DNA from: Neoechinorhynchus agilis
Lineage: Eukaryota; Animalia; Acanthocephala
Assembly (NCBI GenBank): GCA_051530055.1
Contig: CM121341.1
Span: 7,046,784-7,110,783, forward strand
DNA length: 64,000 nt
Reading direction: 5' to 3'
Made by a program: the position numbers and the translations under genes. The notes beneath the pieces were generated by a model. It was given only the letters and a program-made list of their open reading frames with translations, was not told the DNA's origin and ran no database searches. This document shows positions 38,266 through 49,444 of the stretch, piece after piece; position 1 is the stretch's first letter; every line of letters begins with the position of its first letter.

Positions 38266-41040
38266 CCATTAAACGCATTAATGAATTAAAATTCTTTTCT
38301 TCAAAAAAAAGCTTTCTAATTTTAAAAAACAACTGTTTCGCTATTTAATTTTAAGAGACGCAATGAAATCTCTTTTGAGAGGATAGAAATTATTTTATTA
38401 AAATCAATTCTTCAAAAGAGAAACCATCGCCGCATCTCATTTGACGAGACGATGCTTTGTCTATTTGTAAGAATTTATTTTAATAAAATATTTTCTATCC
38501 TTAAGATTATGATCTTCACATTTTCTCCATTAAACGCATTAATGAATTAAAATTCTTTTCTTCAGAAAAAAACTTTCTAATTTTAAAAAATACGACTGTT
38601 TCGCTATTTAATTTTAAGAGACGCAATGAAATCTCTTTTGAGAGGATAGAAATTATTTTATTAAAATCAATTCTTCAAAAGAGAAACCATCGCAGCATCT
38701 CATTTGACGAGACGATGCTTTGTCTATTTGTAAGAATTTATTTTAATAAAATATTTTCTATCCTTAAGATTATGATCTTCACATTTCTCCATTAAACGCA
38801 TTAATGAAATAAAAATTCTTTTGTTCAAAAAAAGCTTTCTAATTTAAAAAATACGACTGTTTCGCTATTTAATTTTAAGAGACGCAATGAAATCACTTTT
38901 GAGAGGATAGAAATTATTTTATTAAAATCAATTCTTCAAAACAGAAACCATCGCCGCATCTCATTTGACGAGACGATGCTTTGTCTATTTGTAAGAATTT
39001 ATTTTAATAAAATATTTTCTATCCTTAAGATTATGATCTTCACATTTTCTCCATTAAACGCATTAATGAATTAAAATTCTTTTCTTCAAAAAAAAGCTTT
39101 CTAATTTTAAAAATACGACTGTTTCGCTATTTAATTTTAAGAGACGCAATGAAATCACTTTTGAGAGGATAGAAATTATTTTATTAAAATCAATTCTTCA
39201 AAAGAGAAACCATCGCCGCATCTCATTTGACGAGACGATGCTTTGTCTATTTGTAAGAAATTATTTTAATAAAAATATTTCTATCCTTAAGATATGATCT
39301 TCACATTTTCTCCATTAAACGCATTAATGAATTAAAATTCTTTTCTTCAAAAAAAAAGCTTTCTAATTTTAAAAAAACGACTGTTTCGCTATTTAATTTT
39401 AAGAGACGCAATGAAATCTCTTTTGAGAGGATAGAAATTATTTTATTAAAATCAATTCTTCAAAAGAGAAACCATCGCCTTATCTCAAGTTTCTGAATTT
39501 GACGAGACGAAACTTTCTCTATTTGTAAGAATTTATTTTAATACCGCATTAATGAATTAAAATTCTTTTCTTCAAAAAACGCTTTCTAATTTTAAAAAAT
39601 ACGACTGTTTCGCTATTTAATTCTAAGAGACGCAATGAAATCCCTTTTGAGAGGATAGAAATTATTTTATTAAAATCAATTCTTCAAAAGAGAAACCACC
39701 GCCGCTTCTCATTTGACGAGACGATGCTTTGTCTATTTGTAAGAATTTATTTTAATAAAATATTTTCTATCCTTAAGATTATGAGCCTCACATTTTCTCC
39801 ATTAAACGCATTAATGAATTAAAATTCTTTTCTTCAAAAAAAAGCTTTCTAATTTAAAAAATACGACTGTTTCGCTATTTAATTTTAAGAGACGCAATGA
39901 AATCACTTTTGAGAGGATAGAAATTATTTTATTAAAATCAATTCTTCAAAAGAGAAACCATCGCCGCATCTCATTTGACGAGACGATGCTTTGTCTATTT
40001 GTAAGAATTTATTTTAATAAAATATTTTCTATCCTTAAGAATATGATCTTCACATTTTCTCCATTAAACGCATTAATGAATTAAAATTCTTTTGTTCAAA
40101 AAAAGCTTTCTAATTTAAAAAATACGACTGTTTCGCTATTTAATTTTAAGAGACGCAATGAAATCACTTTTGAGAGGATAGAAATTATTTTATTAAAATC
40201 AATTCTTCAAAAGAGAAACCATCGCAGCATCTCATTTGACGAGACGATGCTTTGTCTATTTGTAAGAATTTATTTTAATAAAATATTTTCTATCCTTAAG
40301 ATTATGATCTTCACATTTTCTCCATTAAACGCATTAATGAATTAAAATTCTTTTCTTCAGAAAAAAGCTTTCTAATTTTAAAAATACGACTGTTTCGCTA
40401 TTTAATTTTAAGAGACGCAATGAAATCACTTTTGAGAGGATAGAAATTATTTTATTAAAATCAATTCTTCAAAACAGAAACCATCGCCGCATCTCATTTG
40501 ACGAGACGATGCTTTGTCTATTTGTAAGAATTTATTTAATAAAATGTTTTCTATCCTTAAGATTATGATCTTCATTTTCTCCATTAAACGCATTAATGAA
40601 TTAAAAATTCTTTTCTTCAAAAAAAAGCTTTCTAATTTTAAAAATACGACTGTTTCGCTATTTAATTTTAAGAGACGCAATGAAATCTCTTTTGAGAGGA
40701 TAGAAATTATTTTATTAAAATCAATTCTTCAAAGAAACCATCGCCGCATCTCATTTGACGAGACGATGCTTTGTCTATTTGTAAGAATTTATTTTAATAA
40801 AATATTTTCTATCCTTAAGATTATGATCTTCACATTTTCTCCATTAAACGCATTAATGAATTAAAATTCTTTTCTTCAAAAAAAGCTTTCTAATTTTAAA
40901 ATTACGACTGTTTCGCTATTTAATTTTAAGAGACGCAATGAAATCTCTTTTGAGAGGATAGAAATTATTTTATTAAAATCAATTCTTCAAAAGAGAAACC
41001 ATCGCCTAATGTCAAGTTTCTGAATTTGATGAGACGATGC
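38266..41040. repeat. Tandem array, ~261-bp monomer, ~10.7 copies
   Basis: ccattaaacgcattaatg at 38266, 38527, 38789, 39051, 39312, 39799, 40061, 40322, 40581 and 40841. Confidence 0.97.
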
Positions 41041-41071
41041 TTTCTTTATAAGAACAATTTCGAAGGATTCG

Positions 41072-41986
41072 ATGACTGTGCAAAGTCTTTCGGGCGTGTA
41101 TGTGCCTCATTCGGTTTCAGCTCTCGCCACAACCGTCCGTTTTTTGAAGAGAATGACAAATTCGGATACTGTTGACGGTGGGAATGGGCAATCATCATTG
41201 AGCTGCCTTTTACCTTCATTTTCGTCAAGTCTTTTAAGTTTTAACACTGAGAAATGTTCATCACCAATCAGTGGTTTGTGTATAGTATCCGACTATTCTC
41301 GTTGCCCCAACGGCTACAACGTTATACGGAACGCTTACGATGATCCGACGCATCCTGCTGATTTGCAGCGAGATTCCTTTTTTAAACGAATCGATCGATA
41401 CTTGTGTATAACTCGATATCCATTCGATAAAATCGTGGAAGATGTTATTATATTAAATCAAATGGAGACTCCACCTCCGTCGTATGCGAGTCTAACGACG
41501 ACTATCGATTCACATGAGCGTTCGACTTCTAAGAAAATTATTTGTGTGAAGATGAACGATCGTCGGAATGGGATGCGAGCTTTGGCTGATATCGTATTTT
41601 TGTGTAAACAACGAAAAGCACCCGCTGGATTCTCGATCGTCGGTGAAATAAACGGACTCACAATGTGTGCTAAGATGGCCACGGTAGAGATTGAAGCTCC
41701 ACCGAAACAAGAGGAACCGACGAAATGTGTTAAGTCTTTTTTTAACACTTTCCGCGACGACGACGACCATGAAACGAGTGCTCATAATCGATTTATCTTT
41801 CTGATTCCGTTCAAACTCGTGTCTCCGAACAAAAATGCATCGAATTCGGCCAATTCATCGGTAGATTTGTTAGAGTTGAAGAACATGAGACGTGAAGTGC
41901 AAAGATTCGAGTTTCTAAAGTATCACGATATCGAAAAACGATTCGGATATGATTTTAAAACTGAAAAGAATTGGACTATGAAGTGA
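41072..41986 (+). CDS. MVB12: ESCRT-I subunit MVB12 (MABP + UMA domains)
   Basis: PISGLCIVSDYSRCPNGY...ADLQRDSFFKRIDRYLCITR...APAGFSIVGEINGLTMCAK is MABP-like. C-terminal IPFKL...RFGYDFKTEK is UMA-like. Confidence 0.85.
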   Translation: MTVQSLSGVYVPHSVSALATTVRFLKRMTNSDTVDGGNGQSSLSCLLPSFSSSLLSFNTEKCSSPISGLCIVSDYSRCPNGYNVIRNAYDDPTHPADLQRDSFFKRIDRYLCITRYPFDKIVEDVIILNQMETPPPSYASLTTTIDSHERSTSKKIICVKMNDRRNGMRALADIVFLCKQRKAPAGFSIVGEINGLTMCAKMATVEIEAPPKQEEPTKCVKSFFNTFRDDDDHETSAHNRFIFLIPFKLVSPNKNASNSANSSVDLLELKNMRREVQRFEFLKYHDIEKRFGYDFKTEKNWTMK

Positions 41987-42070
41987 AAGAGACATTTAAA
42001 AATTGTAAAAATATTTCTCTCTCCCGCTCTAGTGAGCAATATAATCGATTCTAATCTTTCATCTAAAACT

Positions 42071-42577
42071 TTATGGTTTCCATGGATGGATGTGTGATCG
42101 GGTGGTGTCATATGGAACGTATGCTCCTTGAGTTCCACTTTGGTTTTCAACGTGATGTTTCATCCATTTGAGTCGTTTTTGTGGACCGGATAAAGGAACC
42201 TCGTCGAATGTATGATGTATCCATCCATGCCTAAACTTAGAACTTCTCTCTCTCTTTCATTAAAATCAATCCTTACCATTCTGGAGGAATTTGACTCGCA
42301 TCATAATCAAGACCAACTCTGTCCGCATACTCCACCCATCGATCACGTCCAAGGAAAAACGATTTGTTCTCATAATATCGATTGCCGTACTCGTCCTTTC
42401 CTACCAAACTTCCGGCTTTCAACATATCATTCCTAAAAATTAGAGAGATTCCAAACTATCATTTATTCGCCCCCACCAACCACCAGACCTGTAGTAGTAC
42501 AGCAAAGATCTAAACAGTCCATTGTGGCTACGAACTGTACGGACGAAACCTCTCACAATATCCAAAAGACTTGACAT
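42071..42577 (-). CDS. NDUFA12: NADH dehydrogenase 1 alpha subcomplex subunit 12, 3 exons; not in the ORF track
   Basis: Exons 42577-42489, 42432-42277 and 42230-42071 give ...NDMLKAGSLVGKDEYGNRYYENKSFFLGRDRWVEY...DYDASQIPPEWHGWIHH...ENQSGTQGAYVPYDTTRSHIHPWKP*. Confidence 0.95.
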
Positions 42578-42789
42578 TATCTGACAATTAAACCGAAAAT
42601 CCACATGTTAACCGGATTTTGCTCAAAAAAGCCAATCGAAACTTCTAATAAATCAGAAACGAGACGAAAAACATTACTTTTCTCTATTACGATATCTTTA
42701 GGTTTTGATAACGACCAAAAAACTAATATTTCCAAAATGAGTTTAACGATTATCGAGTCTTTAAAATAGCCAAGAAGTATTGCATTTTA

Positions 42790-45700
42790 GCTCCCGAAAA
42801 AATAGTTAAAATGAGAAAAACTCTCTAATATTAAAAGAGTTTTACGATCTCTAAAGAAATTAGTTAAAATGAGAAAAGAACTCTCTAATATTAAAAGAGT
42901 TTTACGATCTCCCAAGAAATTAGTTAAAGTGGGAAAAGAGCTCGTTAATATTAAAAGAGTTTCACGATCTCCAAAGAAATTAGTTAAAGTGGGAAAAGAG
43001 CTCGTTAATATTAAAAGAGTTTCACGATCTCCAAAGAAATTAGTTAAAATGAGAAAACTCACTAATATTAAAAGAGTTTCACGATCTCCAAAGAAATTAG
43101 TTAAAATGAGAAAAAAACTCTCTAATATTAAAAGAGTTTTACGATCTCCAAAGAAATTAGTTAAAATGCGAAAAGAGCTCTCGAATATTAAAAGAGTTTC
43201 ACGATCTCCCAAGAAATTAGTGAAAATGAGAAAAAAACTCTCTAATATTAAAAGAGTTTCACGATCTCCCAAGAAATTAGTTAAAATGAGAAAAAAACTC
43301 TCTAATATTAAAAGAGTTTCTCGATCTCCCAAGAAATTAGTTAAAATGAGAAAAAAACTCTCTAATATTAAAAGAGTTTCACGATCTCCCAAGAAATTAG
43401 TTAAAATGAGAAAAAAACTCACTAATATTAAAAGAGTTTCACGATCTCCCAAGAAATTAGTTAAAATGGAAAAGAGCTCCTAATATTAAAAGAGTTTCAC
43501 GATCTCCAAAGAAATTAGTTAAAATGAGAAAAAACTCTCTAATATTAAAAGAGTTTCACGATCTCCCAAGAAATTAGTGAAAATGAGAAAAAAACTCTCT
43601 AATATTAAAAGAGTTTCACGATCTCCCAAGAAATTAGTTAAAATGAGAAAAACTCTCTAATATTAAAAGAGTTTCACGATCTCCCAAGAAATTAGTGAAA
43701 ATGAGAAAAAACTCTCTAATATTAAAGAGTTTCTCGATCTCCCAAGAAATTAGTTAAAATGAGAAAAAAACTCACTAATATTAAAAGAGTTTCTCGATCT
43801 CCCAAGAAATTAGTTAAAATGGAAAAGAGCTCCTAATATTAAAAGAGTTTTACGATCTCCCAAGAAATTAGTTAAAATGAGAAAAAAACTCTCTAATATT
43901 AAAAGAGTTTCACGATCTCCCAAGAAATTAGTGAAAATGAGAAAAAAACTCTCTAATATTAAAAGAGTTTCACGATCTCCCAAGAAATTAGTTAAAATGA
44001 GAAAAACTCACTAATATTAAAAGAGTTTCACGATCTCCCAAGAAATTAGTGAAAATGAGAAAAAAACTCTCTAATATTAAAAGAGTTTCACGATCTCCCA
44101 AGAAATTAGTTAAAATGAGAAAAAAACTCTCTAATATTAAAAGAGTTTCACGATCTCCAAAGAAATTAGTTAAAATGAGAAAACTCACTAATATTAAAAG
44201 AGTTTCACGATCTCCCAAGAAATTAGTTAAAATGAGAAAAAGACTCTCTAATATTAAAAGAGTTTCACGATCTCCCAAGAAATTAGTGAAAATGAGAAAA
44301 AAACTCTCTAATATTAAAAGAGTTTCACGATCTCCCAAGAAATTAGTTAAAATGAGAAAAAAACTCACTAATATTAAAAGAGTTTCACGATCTCCCAAGA
44401 AATTAGTTAAAATGCGAAAAGAGCTCTCTAATATTAAAAGAGTTTCACGATCTCCCAAGAAATTAGTTAAAATGAGAAAACTCACTAATATTAAAAGAGT
44501 TTCACGATCTCCCAAGAAATTAGTTAAAATGAGAAAAACTCACTAATATTAAAAGAGTTTCACGATCTCCCAAGAAATTAGTGAAAATGAGAAAAAAACT
44601 CTCTAATATTAAAAGAGTTTCACGATCTCCCAAGAAATTAGTTAAAATGAGAAAAAAACTCTCTAATATTAAAAGAGTTTCACGATCTCCCAAGAAATTA
44701 GTGAAAATGAGAAAAAAACTCTCTAATATTAAAAGAGTTTCTCGATCTCCCAAGAAATTAGTTAAAATGAGAAAAAAACTCTCTAATATTAAAAGAGTTT
44801 CACGATCTCCCAAGAAATTAGTTAAAATGAGAAAAGAACTCTCTAATATTAAAAGAGTTTCACGATCTCCCAAGAAATTAGTTAAAATGAGAAAACTCTC
44901 TAATATTAAAAGAGTTTCACGATCTCCCAAGAAATTAGTTAAAATGAGAAAACTCACTAATATTAAAGAGTTTCACGATCTCCCAAGAAATTAGTTAAAA
45001 TGAGAAAAACTCTCTAATATTAAAAGGTTTCACGATCTCCCAAGAAATTAGTGAAAATGAGAAAAAAACTCTCTAATATTAAAAGAGTTTCACGATCTCC
45101 CAAGAAATTAGTTAAAATGAGAAAGAACTCTCTAATATTAAAGAGTTTCACGATCTCCCAAGAAATTAGTTAAAATGAGAAAAAACTCACTAATATTAAA
45201 AGAGTTTCACGATCTCCCAAGAAATTAGTTAAAATGCGAAAAGAGCTCTCTAATATTAAAAGAGTTTCACGATCTCCCAAGAAATTAGTTAAAATGAGAA
45301 AGCTCACTAATATTAAAAGAGTTTCACGATCTCCCAAGAAATTAGTTAAAATGAGAAAAAGACTCTCTAATATTAAAAGAGTTTCACGATCTCCCAAGAA
45401 ATTAGTGAAAATGAGAAAAAAACTCTCTAATATTAAAAGAGTTTCACGATCTCCCAAGAAATTAGTTAAAATGCGAAAAGAGCTCTCTAATATTAAAAGA
45501 GTTTCACGATCTCCCAAGAAATTAGTTAAAATGCGAAAAGAGCTCGCTAATATTAAAAGAGTTTTACGATCTCCCAAGAAATTAGTTAAAATGAGAAAAA
45601 AACTCTCTAATATTAAAAGAGTTTCACGATCTCCCAAGAAATTAGTTAAAATGAGAAAAGAGCTCTCTAATATTAAAAGAGTTTCACGATCTCCCAAGAA

Positions 45701-46826
45701 ATTAGTTAAAATGAGAAAAAAACTCACTAATATTAAAAGAGTTTCACGATCTCCCAAGAAATTAGTTAAAATGCGAAAAGAGCTCTCTAATATTAAAAGA
45801 GTTTCACGATCTCCAAAGAAATTAGTTAAAATGAGAAAACTCACTAATATTAAAAGAGTTTTACGATCTCCAAAGAAATTAGTTAAAATGAGAAAAAAAC
45901 TCTCTAATATTAAAAGAGTTTCACGATCTCCCAAGAAATTAGTGAAAATGAGAAAAAAACTCTCTAATATTAAAAGAGTTTCACGATCTCCCAAGAAATT
46001 AGTTAAAATGAGAAAAACTCACTAATATTAAAAGAGTTTCACGATCTCCCAAGAATATAAAATGGAAAAATATTTGGTTTGTTGTAACTCTAATATTAAA
46101 AGAGTTTCACGATCTCCCAAGAAATTAGTTAAAATGCGAAAAGAGCTCTCTAATATTAAAAGAGTTTCACGATCTCCCAAGAAATTAGTTAAAATGAGAA
46201 AAGAGCTCTCTAATATTAAAAGAGTTTCACGATCTCCCAAGAAATTAGTTAAAATGAGAAAAAAACTCACTAATATTAAAAGTTTCACGATCTCCCAAGA
46301 AATTAGTTAAAATGCGAAAAGAGCTCTCTAATATTAAAAGAGTTTCACGATCTCCCAAGAAATTAGTTAAAATGAGAAAAGAGCTCTCTAATATTAAAAG
46401 AGTTTCACGATCTCCCAAGAAATTAGTTAAAATGCGAAAAGAGCTCTCTAATATTAAAAGAGTTTCACGATCTCCAAAGAAATTAGTTAAAATGAGAAAG
46501 CTCACTAATATTAAAAGAGTTTTACGATCTCCCAAGAAATTAGTTAAAATGGGAAAAGAGCTCGCTAATATTAAAAGAGTTTCACGATCTCCCAAGAAAT
46601 TAGTTAAAATGCGAAAAGAGCTCTCTAATATTAAAAGAGTTTCACGATCTCCCAAGAAATTAGTTAAAATGCGAAAAGAGCTCGCTAATATTAAAAGGGT
46701 TTCACGATCCAAGAAATTAGTTAAAATGCGAAAAGAGCTCGCTAATATTAAAAGAGTTTCACGATCTCCCAAGAAATTAGTTAAAATGCGAAAAGAGCTC
46801 GCTAATATTAAAAGGGTTTCACGATT
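42790..46826. repeat. Tandem array, 60-bp monomer (57-60-bp variants), ~67 copies
   Basis: ctctaatattaaaagagtttcacgatctcccaagaaattagttaaaatgagaaaaaaa repeated over ~4 kb. Confidence 0.98.
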
Positions 46827-47144
46827 ATCGCGTCTTTAAAAGTCAAGAAGCATTACGTCATTCTGTTGCATTCTTCCGTGTACGCAACATTGATTACGTT
46901 TTTCATAGACGATCGATATTGTGCCGACGCTTTTCCTTTATCGCCGTCGGCCAAATTTTTTGGTTCGGTTAAACGTTTTGTTTTCTCTTTTCAAATAATA
47001 TTTATTGATTTTTTAAAAAAATTCGAAAATTCGTTTTTTTGTGTTGTATTTTTCGTGTTCATTTTACGTGGCCGGCGGACGTTTTTTCGCCGTTAAAAAT
47101 TGTAGATGTCATTTTAGGGCCCGTATCAAAAATACTTTTTTAGA

Positions 47145-47597
47145 ATGAACAACAGAAACAACTTTGAGATTTGTCCTTATGATCGTCGGCACATTGTTGG
47201 CTTCCACAAGTTTCCGTTGCACTTGATCAAGTGCCGTAAAGCCCATCCTGAACTTATTCTTGAGATTTGTCCGCATAATGCCCGTCATCATTATCCAAAG
47301 GAAAAAATGGAGGAACATATTCTCAAATGTCCAAATCGAATGCCGTTCGATTCGGTTTCATATGCCGAGAGACTTCGGAGAAAACAACAAGTGGAAATCG
47401 AATTGAAAAAGGAAGAAGAAGAGCAAGGAGCAAAAAATTGTGAGGTGAAAATACCGAATTTTCGGCCTGGTAGTCGATGGATTCGTCTAATGCGTGTACT
47501 TGAAGAATGGAAAAGTTCTCGGGAAATTGACTCGAAATATTCAGGAAATGTCACTTCTGATAGTGGACTTTACAGTAATATTGATTCGGAAAATTAA
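47145..47597 (+). CDS. GTSF1: Gametocyte-specific factor 1 / Asterix-like protein (two CHHC zinc fingers)
   Basis: ICPYDRRHIV...HLIKC and ICPHNARHH...HILKC form tandem U11-48K-type CHHC fingers, followed by an acidic tail with Trp residues. Confidence 0.85.
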   Translation: MNNRNNFEICPYDRRHIVGFHKFPLHLIKCRKAHPELILEICPHNARHHYPKEKMEEHILKCPNRMPFDSVSYAERLRRKQQVEIELKKEEEEQGAKNCEVKIPNFRPGSRWIRLMRVLEEWKSSREIDSKYSGNVTSDSGLYSNIDSEN

Positions 47598-47796
47598 AGA
47601 TTGCAATTTCGTTTCAGAACTCTTTAGGAGAACGTTTATTTCTCTCTCTCTCGCTTGATTTAATACGGGAAATGGGCTATTTTGGTTTTTCACGAGGTTT
47701 CTTAAACAAAAGCACCACGGAGGAGCGAGTTTTCATTGTTTTCTAACAAACAAATTAAAAAATATTTGGTTTAAATTGATACGTCCGTTTTCGCAA

Positions 47797-48880
47797 TCAT
47801 AAATAGGTGCAGCTTCCTTGATGGCCGCGTTGGATCGCCGCGCTGATTCGTTGTATCAGGAAGCTGCTGGAGCGCTTGTCGCCTTTGGCATCTTTCCAAG
47901 TCGGGAAAATGAAATAATCGGCTTCTTTTCTGAGGCATCCCAGTGTTTCCACCGCAATCGGGATGCTTTTCCTCGCTGAAGCTGGCGACTGCTCCCGCCT
48001 TCGAGGTGGCATCCCGTAAGTGGGATGCTGCGAGCGTGTTGGGGCAAGTAAAATCCCAAACCAGAGAAGAGTGTCTCCATCAGCGCGTTTACCGTCGTTC
48101 CGGGAGAGTCCGACTGGTTCGAGTCGAGCGGGAAAATCGGCCGTTGAGAGGGCTTTCTTTGAGTGCCGTGCTTGGCGAGCATTTGAACGCTTGCAGTCAA
48201 GGCCGTGAGTTTTCGATCCGTTGACTGTCTCACCGCGCCGACACGTATTTGAGCCTGAGAATTCGATGCCCAAACGAAGTCCCACAGCGACGGTGGTGGC
48301 CCGATCATCCAGGCCAACAGCCGTGATCGGAAAAGCCTTCAAGAAGTCGCTGGAGTGTGGAGCTGAGACTGCCAGGAGACGAGCTCTATCGTTGGGAGAT
48401 GAGCATGAGTTAAGAAGCTGCTGATAATACCCAATGTGGAGCAAGGCAGTCCAACGTTTTTGGGAGTTTGTTTCCGTTGGAACGACCTGCCCGAACACTG
48501 ATGTCCATTGAGCGTGCGCTTCGATCAGTTCAGGCGGTGGATCGAATGTGTGGTGGGATGATGCTTAGTACCAGGTCTGACGAGACCGAGATCGACGACG
48601 AAAAGGCAGGAATTGCTACTTCGGTGGCATTCTTTATGCCAATACCGCCGAATCGAATGGGAAGGATCGCCTGTTTCCATGCTGTGTCGGACAGCCGTAG
48701 GTTAAGTACTTCTGACAGGGTTGATCGAACGCAGTTGTCGAAATCCCTGGTGAGCACTGACTTGAAGCATGGAGAAGTCCTCAGAAGGTACGCAATCTTC
48801 GGTAGCGACAGACATCGTCTTGGTATGAAAAGAGCGTCGTGTCGCGCGATGTGCAAAAATTTTAAAATCAAAATCACCAC
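47797..48880 (-). mobile_element. 5'-truncated, frameshifted CRE-clade non-LTR retrotransposon (post-RT region, zinc knuckle, REL endonuclease)
   Basis: PKIAYLLRT, QAILPIRFGGIG, RARLLAVSAPHSSDFL, AVGLRLG, HGLDC..RQARH, EPVGLSRNDGKRADG and LIQRISAAIQRG are typical of CRE-type ORF C-termini. Confidence 0.8.
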
Positions 48881-49444
48881 TTTAATTTCTTCGCCAGAAA
48901 ACAACCAATATGAACAGTTCAAACAGAATTAAAAATGTTTTCTTTTTATTTATTTTGCTGCACCATGAGAAAACAAAGTAATTGGTTTAAATTTGCGTTG
49001 GTTCAACAATGCGTTTTCGAGGTTGCTGATTTCAGAACAGAAATAAAAAAGGAAATAGCACGCTTCAAAATGGTACGTCATTTGTTAAACGATCTTAATA
49101 AGTATTTCTACTTCATCTTTTTTTCCCTCATTTTTAATGTCACATTTGAAGAACACACTCAAGAAGTGTCCCTCGCATAAATTTTTAAATCAGCAAATTG
49201 CTTGATCGACTCTCACTCGTAGAGGACGAAATATTAAAATCAAATTCTGTGTTGAAGTGAGGCGTTTAAACGGTTTTTCCTCCGTACAATTACACACATT
49301 TTGCATTCATCCCTCCAGTTTCTCAAATGCCTCGAGGACCGAATCCCCGTTAAAGTAGGTCAAAAGGTTCAAAATCCATTATCGCCAATTACTTAAACGC
49401 AAAGGAGGCGATCGCGTTGTCCAAGAAATCAGCCGTGGAAAATG

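Noticed and set aside
42787-46772. Minus-strand (GDRETLLILESFFLILTNFL)n ORFs
   Set aside because: They are the antisense reading of the 60-bp array, and the recurrent variants are mostly nonsynonymous in this frame.
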